From: Cyclobacteriaceae bacterium
Lineage (GTDB): Bacteria; Bacteroidota; Bacteroidia; Cytophagales; Cyclobacteriaceae
Direction of reading: 5' to 3'
NCBI GenBank assembly: GCA_044228905.1
Contig: JBGATZ010000001.1
Location: 1 to 56,038, forward strand
DNA length: 56,038 bases
The stretch's first letter is position 1, and each line of letters begins with the position of its first letter. The translations under genes were made by a program, and so were the position numbers. Shown one piece after another: positions 28,786-37,546 of this stretch. A model generated the notes under the pieces. That model saw only the letters and a program-made list of their open reading frames with translations, had not been told where the DNA came from and did no database searches.

Positions 28786-28940
28786 GCCGCAAATTTGACT
28801 TATTTATAAGCATTTTAAATAACTTGGCTAAAAAAGTTTTATACTTTTACTATTGAGTATCCTTTATCCGTTTGGAGGTATTTTTGGGTTAAACCCGCAG
28901 CTACTTTTGAACGTTTTCAACGCTTAGTCGGAATACCAAA

Positions 28941-30239
28941 TTGAAAGAGAGTCTGAATCGATTTTTTGTTGTTGGATTGAGTTTCAAAAAAACCGACCTG
29001 GCGCAACGGAGTAAGTATGCGTTCAACGCACAACAATGCGCTGAAATTTACTCGCAAGCTCAATCGGATTGCCTCAATCATTTCTTTATTCTTTCTACCT
29101 GCAATCGTACGGAAGTATACGGATTTGCTCCCTGTGAATACCTGCTTACCGGATTATTGCAGCAGTACGCGAATGACTCGTCTTCAATAAAAGATGTACT
29201 CTATATTAAGGAAGGAACTCAGGCCGTTCAGCATTTCTTTGAGGTTGCTTCAGGGTTGGATTCTCAGATTCCGGGCGATTACGAAATTATTTCTCAAATC
29301 AAATCTTCTTTTCAATTAGCCAAGCAGCATCACCGCATCAACGGCTATCTTGAAAAACTTTTCAACTTCTCGTTGCAGGCTTCCAAAGAAGTGAAGAATA
29401 CCACTTCCTTTTCTGACGGAACACTTTCTGTTTCCTATGCAGTAGTTCAACAGTTGATTGAGAAATCAGAGATTAAAGAGATCAGTATATTGGGTGCTGG
29501 TGAAACCGGTGAACTCACATTAAAATACATCACGAAGTTTTTGCCTGAGGTGAAAGTAACCCTCATCAACCGTGATGTTGAAAAATTGCATAGTGTTGCA
29601 AACCGTTATAAAGCAAAGCCATTTGAACTAGCCAATCTTTCTTCTGCTTTGGTGAACAGCGATGCATTGATTGTTACTACTAACGCAGAACAACCAATCA
29701 TCTTCAATGAGCACATTGAAAATACGTCCGTAAAATTCATTTACGATTTGTCTGTACCGCAAAACGTAGCGCAGGAAGTTTATGAATCTGAACGAGTGGC
29801 TGCTTTTGATATTGATACGATCTCTCAGCAGATCTCCAATACATTACAAGAACGTCTGTCGGAGATTCCAAAGGTTGAGAATATCATACGTGATTTCACT
29901 CAGCAGTTTAATGAGTGGTCTTACCGTCATCACTATTTTTCAGTAGCTGAGCAAATTCAAAAGGGCGGTGTTCAGCTTATTTCCAAAAAAGCGCTTCACA
30001 CTACTTTCAAACAATGGCAGCAAACTGCATTGACTGATTCAACGCTTGTTCCTTATAGTGATTACACACGCCAATCGATGTTGGCAACATTGAAAAATAA
30101 TTTCCCGGATACTTTCGGATTCCATTCCGAAGAGAAAAAAGAAAATCATCATGCGTGCACTACGACTGGCCACGCGAAGCAGCCGGCTTGCTTTATGGCA
30201 AACCAATGTTGTCGCGTCTCAGCTCACCCGGCTTGGTAG
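28941..30239 (+). CDS. hemA: glutamyl-tRNA reductase
   Basis: STCNRTE active site; GLDSQIPGDYEIISQIK, SVSYA, GAGETG and DLSVPQN motifs. TTG start; divergent C-terminus overlaps hemC. Confidence 0.9.
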   Translation: MKESLNRFFVVGLSFKKTDLAQRSKYAFNAQQCAEIYSQAQSDCLNHFFILSTCNRTEVYGFAPCEYLLTGLLQQYANDSSSIKDVLYIKEGTQAVQHFFEVASGLDSQIPGDYEIISQIKSSFQLAKQHHRINGYLEKLFNFSLQASKEVKNTTSFSDGTLSVSYAVVQQLIEKSEIKEISILGAGETGELTLKYITKFLPEVKVTLINRDVEKLHSVANRYKAKPFELANLSSALVNSDALIVTTNAEQPIIFNEHIENTSVKFIYDLSVPQNVAQEVYESERVAAFDIDTISQQISNTLQERLSEIPKVENIIRDFTQQFNEWSYRHHYFSVAEQIQKGGVQLISKKALHTTFKQWQQTALTDSTLVPYSDYTRQSMLATLKNNFPDTFGFHSEEKKENHHACTTTGHAKQPACFMANQCCRVSAHPAW

Positions 30240-31077
30240 TCGCTGCGAAACCGTGCCTTTAGAAAGCACGGGCGACATCAACCTGGTAAAACCCATTTAT
30301 GAATTAGGTGTTCAGGGTGTATTCACCAAAGAACTGGATATTGCTTTATTAAGTAATGAAGCAGATGCTGCCGTACACTCCTTAAAAGATATTCCAATCG
30401 TATTGGCAAAAGGATTAACGATCGCTGCCATTTTAGAACGTGCTTCGTATGAAGACTTGCTCATTACCAAAGGCAAAAATCCTGAAAACGAAAAAACATT
30501 CACATTGGCTACCAGCAGCATTCGGAGAAAAGCGCAATGGCTGGAAAAATATCCTACGCATCAAACAGACAATGTGAGAGGTAATGTAGAAACGCGGATT
30601 AAAAAGTTAATGGATTCGGATTGGGATGGTTTGCTGATGGCAAAAGCCGCTGTAGAAAGACTTGATCTGAAATTAGAACACACCTTCACATTAAGCTGGA
30701 TGTTGCCTGCACCAGGTCAGGGAGCCATTGCCGTTGTTTGTCGTGAAAAGGATACAAACACTATCGAGCAATTGCGTCCATTAAATCACGAGTACACCTA
30801 TTTAACTGTCTCTGCCGAAAGACAGTTCCTTCATGATCTGAAGGGAGGATGCTCTGCTCCCATCAGTGCTTTCGCACGAATAGAAAATGACGTCATGAAG
30901 TTTGATGGAGCCGTGCACAGTTTAGATGGCAAACGAAATTTTCGCGTGTCGAAACAATTTTCAAAAAATTCCTTTAACGAAGCGGGGAACGTTGCCGCTC
31001 AAAAAGTATTAAACTCCGTGGAAGGTGCTTCTATTATTAATGAAATATTTTCCGCTCGTCCGGAAATGAAGATATGA
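30151..31077 (+). CDS. hemC: hydroxymethylbilane synthase (porphobilinogen deaminase)
   Basis: ATRSSRLALWQ, GVFTKELD, AVHSLKD, TSSIRR, RGNVETR, PAPGQGA and GGCSAPI motifs. Confidence 0.95.
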   Translation: MRALRLATRSSRLALWQTNVVASQLTRLGSRCETVPLESTGDINLVKPIYELGVQGVFTKELDIALLSNEADAAVHSLKDIPIVLAKGLTIAAILERASYEDLLITKGKNPENEKTFTLATSSIRRKAQWLEKYPTHQTDNVRGNVETRIKKLMDSDWDGLLMAKAAVERLDLKLEHTFTLSWMLPAPGQGAIAVVCREKDTNTIEQLRPLNHEYTYLTVSAERQFLHDLKGGCSAPISAFARIENDVMKFDGAVHSLDGKRNFRVSKQFSKNSFNEAGNVAAQKVLNSVEGASIINEIFSARPEMKI

Positions 31078-32138
31078 CAGCAGAACCAACAGTACTCACC
31101 GTTAAATCACAGCAAGTGAAAAACGATTTATTATTAAAAGCACTCAGAGGAGAAAAAATTGAACGGCCTCCGGTATGGATGATGCGCCAGGCTGGACGCT
31201 ATCTTCCCGACTTTCGCAAGCTGAAGGCAGAGCATGAGTTTTTTAATCGCGTTCAAAATCCGGAGCTCGCTTGTGAAATTACAGTGATGCCTGTAAAACA
31301 AGTGGGCGTTGATGCGGCTATTCTGTTCTCCGACATTCTTGTTATCCCTCAGGCAATGGGTGTGGAAGTGGTGATGGTAGAAAACCGAGGACCGGTTATT
31401 ACTAATCCCATTCGCACGAAGAAACAAATCAAGGAGTTGAGCACCGAAGATATCGCAGCTAAACTCGATTATGTGATGAAGGCGATCTCACTCACATTAA
31501 ATGAATTGAACAGCAGCGTTCCACTCATTGGCTTTGCGGGGGCACCATGGACAATTTTCTGCTACCTCGTTGAGGGTGGTGGAAGCAAAACATTTGATAT
31601 TGCGAAGCAATTTGCTTTTGCGGAACCTGAACTCACGCATCAGTTATTAACTAAAATCACAGATGCCACTACTCAGTATCTTCAATCAAAAGTGAAGAGT
31701 GGTGTTCATGCCATTCAGTTGTTTGACAGCTGGGCAGGTGTGTTGAGTCCGGAAGATTATAAGACATACTCACTCGCTTATAATAAGAAAATTATTGCGG
31801 CTTTGAATAAAGATCTTCCTGTGATCTTCTTTGCCAAAGATTGCGGATATGGATTAGATAATTTAGTTGAGAGTGGTGCACATGCACTAGGCTTAGACTG
31901 GACCGTTCCCGCTGCTAAAGCGAGAGCGATTACACAAAATAAGATTACACTTCAGGGAAATTTTGATCCTGCCAAGCTAATGACCTCTCCTGCATTCATT
32001 CAGAAAGAAGTGAAGCAGATGATTGACAGCTTTGGCACACAACAATACATTGCCAATCTGGGTCATGGCATTCTGCCAAAGACTCCGGTTGAGAATGCGA
32101 TTGCATTTGTGGAAGCGGTGAAGCAGTATAAGAACTAA
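31074..32138 (+). CDS. hemE: uroporphyrinogen decarboxylase
   Basis: PVWMMRQAGRYLP, FSDIL, IGFAGAPWT, QLFDSW and NLGHGI motifs. Confidence 0.96.
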   Translation: MTAEPTVLTVKSQQVKNDLLLKALRGEKIERPPVWMMRQAGRYLPDFRKLKAEHEFFNRVQNPELACEITVMPVKQVGVDAAILFSDILVIPQAMGVEVVMVENRGPVITNPIRTKKQIKELSTEDIAAKLDYVMKAISLTLNELNSSVPLIGFAGAPWTIFCYLVEGGGSKTFDIAKQFAFAEPELTHQLLTKITDATTQYLQSKVKSGVHAIQLFDSWAGVLSPEDYKTYSLAYNKKIIAALNKDLPVIFFAKDCGYGLDNLVESGAHALGLDWTVPAAKARAITQNKITLQGNFDPAKLMTSPAFIQKEVKQMIDSFGTQQYIANLGHGILPKTPVENAIAFVEAVKQYKN

Positions 32139-32144
32139 GTTTAC

Positions 32145-32205
32145 TGTCAGGTTGAGTTTATCGAAACCTGAATTGAAATTGGCCTTCAACAAGCTCAGGC
32201 TGACA
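32145..32205. repeat. REP-like palindromic repeat, copy 3 (opposite orientation to copy 2, longer loop)
   Basis: TGTCAGGTTGAGTTTATCGAAACCTG...GCCTTCAACAAGCTCAGGCTGACA, between hemE and hemF. Confidence 0.8.
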
Positions 32206-32239
32206 TCAGTGAGTTTCGAACTCCCACAATTAAATAATT

Positions 32240-33148
32240 TTGAAAAAAGAAGACTTCATTGATTACATCGGAAAACTTCAAACGCAGATCTGTGAAGCGC
32301 TTGAAGCAGAAGATAGCATAGCCAAATTTGAAAGCGACCGATGGGAAAGACCAGGTGGCGGTGGCGGATTAACGCGTGTGATTCAAAATGGAAAAGTATT
32401 TGAAAAAGGTGGCGTGAATACTTCTGTGGTTTACGGAGAGGTTACTCCTGGCATGGCACAGCAACTTAATATCAAAGGGGCTTCATTCTTTGCTTGTGGT
32501 ATTTCACTGGTGATTCATCCGGTCAACCCGATGGTGCCAACTGTTCATGCCAACTTCAGGTACTTTGAATTGTATGATGATCAGCAAAATAAAGTCGATA
32601 GCTGGTTTGGTGGCGGTAGTGACCTCACTCCTTATTATCTGTTTGATGAAGATGCTATTCATTTTCATGGTACCTTCAAAAAGGCATGTGATCAATCTGA
32701 TCGCTCCTTCTATGCAAAGTTCAAAAAGCATTGCGATGAGTATTTCGTAAATAAACATCGCGGAAATGAAAGCCGTGGTATTGGAGGAATTTTCTACGAT
32801 TATCTTCGTGAAGAAGAAAATCATAGCTCCGATTTCTGGTTTCAATTTGCCAAAGCGAATGGTGACTCATTCATAAATGCGTATCTTCCCATTGTTCAGA
32901 AGAGGAAAAATTCATCCTTTACCGAAAAGAATAAATACTGGCAGGAGATCCGAAGAGGACGCTATGTAGAATTCAATCTCATTCATGACCGGGGAACGTT
33001 GTTCGGATTGAAATCAAATGGACGAACAGAAAGCATTTTGATGAGCTTACCGCCACGGGCACGTTTCGATTATAATGATGCTCCTGAAAAAGGAAGCGAG
33101 GAAGAAAAATTATTAGCTGTTTTAAGAAAACCGAAAGACTGGATTTGA
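32240..33148 (+). CDS. hemF: oxygen-dependent coproporphyrinogen III oxidase
   Basis: FEKGGVN, HP.NPMVPTVHAN.RYF, WFGGG.DLTP, RGIGGIF, RRGRYVEFNL and ESILMSLP motifs. Confidence 0.96.
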   Translation: MKKEDFIDYIGKLQTQICEALEAEDSIAKFESDRWERPGGGGGLTRVIQNGKVFEKGGVNTSVVYGEVTPGMAQQLNIKGASFFACGISLVIHPVNPMVPTVHANFRYFELYDDQQNKVDSWFGGGSDLTPYYLFDEDAIHFHGTFKKACDQSDRSFYAKFKKHCDEYFVNKHRGNESRGIGGIFYDYLREEENHSSDFWFQFAKANGDSFINAYLPIVQKRKNSSFTEKNKYWQEIRRGRYVEFNLIHDRGTLFGLKSNGRTESILMSLPPRARFDYNDAPEKGSEEEKLLAVLRKPKDWI

Positions 33149-33149
33149 T

Positions 33150-34124
33150 ATGGATTTAACACACCGCCACCGGAGATCAAGGGTCAATCAAACCATTCGT
33201 GATTTGGTTGCTGAAACTAATTTATCACCTCAACAGTTAATCGTCCCCTTATTCATAGTAGAAGACACCGAAAAAGATCTCATCATCTCTTCGATGCCAG
33301 GATATTTGCGCATTCGCATCAGCGAACTGGAAAAGGAACTCACTGAACTGGTAAGCCTGAATCTGAAAACCGTTTTGCTTTTCGTGAAGGCAGCTGATGA
33401 ACTAAAAGACAATACAGGCAAAGAAGCATTGAATGAGAATGGATTGATGCAACGTGCCATTCGTAAGATTAAAGCATTCGATCAAAGCATTATAGTGATG
33501 ACGGACATTGCATTGGATCCCTTCTCCAGCTATGGCCATGACGGCATCGTAGAGAATCAGCAGATCGTGAACGATCTAACCGTTGAAGTATTGGCAAAGA
33601 TGTCGGTATCACATGCGCAGGCTGGTGCTGACTTCGTTGCTCCCTCCGATATGATGGATGGAAGAGTAAAAGAAATAAGAAGTGCATTGGACAAAAAAGG
33701 ATTTATCAACACCGGCATCTTAGCTTATTCTGCAAAGTATGCTTCCTGCTTTTATGGTCCGTTCAGAGATGCATTAGATAGTGCTCCCGGTTTTGGTGAT
33801 AAGAAGACCTATCAAATGGATTTTCGCAACAGCAACGAAGCAATTAAAGAAGTGTTAACCGATGTAAATGAAGGCGCTGACATTGTGATGGTGAAACCAG
33901 CTGGTGCGTATCTGGATATTATTCATAGAGTAAAACAAAATGTACATGTTTCTGTTGCTGCTTACCAGGTTTCAGGTGAGTACGCGATGATCAAGGCTGC
34001 TGCCGAACGCGGCTGGCTCCATGAACAAAACGCAATGATCGAATCATTGATCGCCATCCGAAGAGCAGGGGCAGATATTATCGCCACCTACTTTGCAAAG
34101 GAGTTTGCAAGGCTCAGGAAGTGA
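33150..34124 (+). CDS. hemB: porphobilinogen synthase (ALA dehydratase), Asp-type metal site
   Basis: DIALDPFSSYGHDG (lacks the Zn-binding Cys), APSDMMDGR, SAKYAS.FYGPFRDA, MVKP and YQVSGEY motifs. Confidence 0.96.
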   Translation: MDLTHRHRRSRVNQTIRDLVAETNLSPQQLIVPLFIVEDTEKDLIISSMPGYLRIRISELEKELTELVSLNLKTVLLFVKAADELKDNTGKEALNENGLMQRAIRKIKAFDQSIIVMTDIALDPFSSYGHDGIVENQQIVNDLTVEVLAKMSVSHAQAGADFVAPSDMMDGRVKEIRSALDKKGFINTGILAYSAKYASCFYGPFRDALDSAPGFGDKKTYQMDFRNSNEAIKEVLTDVNEGADIVMVKPAGAYLDIIHRVKQNVHVSVAAYQVSGEYAMIKAAAERGWLHEQNAMIESLIAIRRAGADIIATYFAKEFARLRK

Positions 34125-34269
34125 TGGTATCAAACTCCTTTGGTAATTATTAGATTATTCGGCTGCTCTTCAAAACCAGTTGTTTGAACACGTAATAAGC
34201 GGTACCTTTGCCGATCCTTTACCGTCAAACACTCGTGAGTAACTACATTTTAACCAAGAGCCATCTGGA

Positions 34270-35295
34270 ATGACTGCACACACACTTAGCGGGGTAGAAC
34301 TAAAGCAACTAAACAAGGAGATTTACAGGAAGGCAGACAAATTTACCGAGCCAATCCTTGCGCTCATGTTTGCTTTTGGCATATTCATCGCTTTCTTCTA
34401 CGATACTTGGACGATTGCATTAGGTGTAGGTGGTTTGTGTGTATTGTCTTACTACAGTGCTAAAAAATTACTTCCGGGATATAACTTATACCAATATATC
34501 TTCAGCGCAGTGTCAGCCATTTTTGCTGCGCAATACATTTATCAGATGCATGGTTTGTCTGAAATGCACTTCTGGGTATTTATCAGTGCAGCCGTACTTG
34601 TCATCTATCACAACTGGAGATTACAACTGCCCTTGATCATTATTGTAGTCATTCATCATGGTGCGTTTGCCTATCTTCAGTATAAGGGATATACAGAGAT
34701 CTACTTTACCCAACTGGCTTATATGGATCTGACTGCTTTCTTTTTCCACGGTGTATTGGCATCCTGTGTTTGTTTGATCTGTGGCATCTGGAGTTATCAT
34801 CTTTACGAAAGAACAATCACTGACTTGATTCAGTATAAACGACTGGAAAGCATGACGCTAGAACTGGAGCAGAATGCAGCGTCTATGAAAAAAATGAACG
34901 AGGAGTTATTTATTTCTTATAGAGAAACACAAAACGTAAACGAAGAACTGAGAGCATCAGAAGAAGAACTGATGGCTTCCGGAGAAGAATTAAGACAGAT
35001 CAATGACAATCTGAATAAAATAGTGATGGACCGCACCAAAGCCCTGTTGCGTCAGAATAAGATCTTGCTTCAACATGCGCATGTAAGTGCACACAAAGTG
35101 CGTGCACCATTGGCACGCATATTAGGACTTTCTAACTTGCTGGGTATTGAACTCTCCATGGAACCAAAAGCACAGGATCTGCTCCAACATCTTTCTACTT
35201 CAGCCATTGAACTGGATGACACGCTGCGGGAAGTGAGACAGGATATGGACAGGGCTGAATTTGTAATGGATACAGAAGATCAGAATTTCATATGA
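34270..35295 (+). CDS. membrane sensor-like protein: His-rich multi-TM domain, coiled coil and HisKA-like helix pair, no HATPase domain
   Basis: TM segments with [18 protein letters not shown] and FHGV; [10 protein letters not shown] coiled coil; [16 protein letters not shown]-box. The stop overlaps the hemL ATG. Confidence 0.7.
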   Translation: MTAHTLSGVELKQLNKEIYRKADKFTEPILALMFAFGIFIAFFYDTWTIALGVGGLCVLSYYSAKKLLPGYNLYQYIFSAVSAIFAAQYIYQMHGLSEMHFWVFISAAVLVIYHNWRLQLPLIIIVVIHHGAFAYLQYKGYTEIYFTQLAYMDLTAFFFHGVLASCVCLICGIWSYHLYERTITDLIQYKRLESMTLELEQNAASMKKMNEELFISYRETQNVNEELRASEEELMASGEELRQINDNLNKIVMDRTKALLRQNKILLQHAHVSAHKVRAPLARILGLSNLLGIELSMEPKAQDLLQHLSTSAIELDDTLREVRQDMDRAEFVMDTEDQNFI

Positions 35296-36556
35296 CAAAA
35301 AATGAATCGCTTTTCAATGAAGCACAAAAATATATTCCTGGTGGAGTAAACTCACCCGTTCGTGCATTTCGTCAGGTGGGTGGTACACCGTTATTTATGA
35401 AGTCAGCCGAAGGTGCTTACATCACCGATGCTTCGGATAAAAAGTATATTGATTACATCAACTCCTGGGGACCGATGATTCTTGGTCATCGTCACCCCGC
35501 TGTAGTGAAGGCGGTAGAAGAGCAAGTTCATAGGGGTTTTTCTTATGGCACTCCTACTGAGTTGGAAACGGAGGTAGCGAAGCTCATCACTGAGATGGTT
35601 CCTAATGTGGATATGATCCGAATGGTGAGCTCTGGAACAGAAGCATGTATGTCTGCTGTGCGATTGGCTCGCGGATACACTGGTCGGTCCAAAATATTAA
35701 AATTCGAAGGACACTATCACGGTCATGCCGATATGTTCCTGAAGAAGGCAGGAAGTGGTCTCGCTACGCTGGGGATTAAAGTAGCCGGTGGAATTCCTTT
35801 AGCTGTTTCTGAAGATACATTGGTTGCTCAATTCAAAAAGAACTCATCACAAAACATGGTGCAGAGCTGGCTGCTATCATAGTAGAACCAGTAGCGGGCA
35901 ACATGGGTTGCGTCCCTCCTGTTCCAGGCTTTTTAGAAATGCTTCGTGAGGAATGTACGCATCAAGGCATCGTCTTAATCTTTGATGAAGTAATGACCGG
36001 GTTTCGTTTAGCGAAAGGTGGCGCTCAGGAAGCATTAGGCATTAAAGCAGACCTGGTTACATTCGGCAAGATCATTGGAGGCGGGATGCCGGTGGGAGCA
36101 TTTGGCGGACGAAAAGAAATCATGAGTCGGATTGCTCCACTTGGCGATGTATACCAGGCAGGAACATTGTCAGGTAATCCGATAGCGATGTCAGCAGGGT
36201 ATGCTACATTGAAGATACTGAATGACAATCCTGCCTTCTATACTGAACTGGATGCAAAAGGAAAAATCCTGTCTGCCTCGTTCAATCAACTCGCGCAGAA
36301 ACATTCCGTTCCCCTTGCTGTCAATCAACTTGGATCGATGATCAGCATTCATTTCTGCGAAGGATCTGTAAGTGACTTTGAAGAAGCTAAAAAAGGTGAT
36401 AATGATCGGTTCAAAAAGTTCTTCCACGGAATGCTGGCAGCAGGAATCTATCTTCCGCCTTCCGCATACGAAACCTGGTTTCTGTGCATTGCACTAACGC
36501 AAAAAGACCTGGATTATACTCTGGAAACTTCGGAACGTCTGTTTAAGAAGTTCTGA
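35292..36556 (+). pseudogene. hemL: glutamate-1-semialdehyde 2,1-aminomutase, split by a small frameshifting deletion near 35835 (possibly sequence error)
   Basis: 35292..35882 has [17 protein letters not shown] and FEGHYHGH. The shifted frame gives [40 protein letters not shown] and QAGTLSGNP up to 36556. Confidence 0.88.
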
Positions 36557-36652
36557 ATTTTCCATCGTTCTCCTTTACCTTAAAATGATTCAGGATTCTT
36601 TATATCCCCTGAGGATTTCTTTAACTTTGTTTTCCCCTACCCTCAAACAAAA

Positions 36653-37546
36653 ATGGAAAAAAGTGAGAAGAAGAAACCGGCCATGACTCTTGGCCAGTCG
36701 GTCAACCTTGTCAGGCTGATTGCTGCAATCTTTGTGATTGGTTCATGTACACTTCAGCTGATCTATAACATTTACCTGCCCGACTTTAAAGATCCGCAGG
36801 TATCGCGCTGGAGTCTGAACATCATTGTTACGCTATTCTTTATTTCTACCTTTTTCGTAAAATATAAATCGCATAAGCAATTGGATTACATTTCCATGAC
36901 GCTTTATGCGATCATTCAGGCTTATACTGTATTTCTCACCATCATCAATCATTTCGATCCGTTTTCAGTAACACTTCTCATTTTGGTTATGGGTGGTGGT
37001 ACCGTGATCATCACTAATTCATTATTTTATTGGGCTCAGGCGGGGGTCATTCTCTTTCTTGTAGTGATTCAATTTTTTCTTCTGGAATTCAGTGGTGTCA
37101 TGATGATCGGTCTGTTCAATATCATTATCTCTATCGGAATCTTTGGTGCAGTGCTGTTCATCCGCCATCGGATGATGAGAGAAGTGAGCTTCTCCAATTC
37201 GTTGTTGAAAAAAGTGCAACTGTTCTCTGTCATTGCCAATCCGGCTGGTCAGATTGTATTCGTCAGTCCTTCCATCAAAGGGATTCTCGGATATGAAACG
37301 AAGGAATTACTGAAAGACGGGTGGTGGGAAAATGAAAACCTGTCAGCAAGTTGGATTGAGAAAGAGTATATTCTGAATTATCCGGGAGTTATTCATCCGG
37401 AAATCAAAACAAAAGAAAGTTCCACCCGAAACAGCGAAGGAAACATCGTGTGGCTCAGCTGGACGAACTCTATACTCCCTGACGGAAATTATCTCGGGGT
37501 AGCATTTGATGTAACGAAATACCGAAGAGGATTAACGGTCGTCTAG
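36653..37546 (+). CDS. multi-TM membrane protein with C-terminal PAS-like domain
   Basis: About 6 TM helices, then IANPAGQIVFVSPSIKGILGYETKELL...GNIVWLSW (PAS signature). No output domain. Confidence 0.7.
   Translation: MEKSEKKKPAMTLGQSVNLVRLIAAIFVIGSCTLQLIYNIYLPDFKDPQVSRWSLNIIVTLFFISTFFVKYKSHKQLDYISMTLYAIIQAYTVFLTIINHFDPFSVTLLILVMGGGTVIITNSLFYWAQAGVILFLVVIQFFLLEFSGVMMIGLFNIIISIGIFGAVLFIRHRMMREVSFSNSLLKKVQLFSVIANPAGQIVFVSPSIKGILGYETKELLKDGWWENENLSASWIEKEYILNYPGVIHPEIKTKESSTRNSEGNIVWLSWTNSILPDGNYLGVAFDVTKYRRGLTVV

Noticed and set aside
6061-32205. CRISPR array
   Set aside because: The repeats are dispersed single palindromes without regular spacers, and no cas genes are present.
35820-35903. 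Programmed frameshift in hemL
   Set aside because: Residues expected between AQF and KELI appear to be missing, which indicates a deletion rather than a slippery site.
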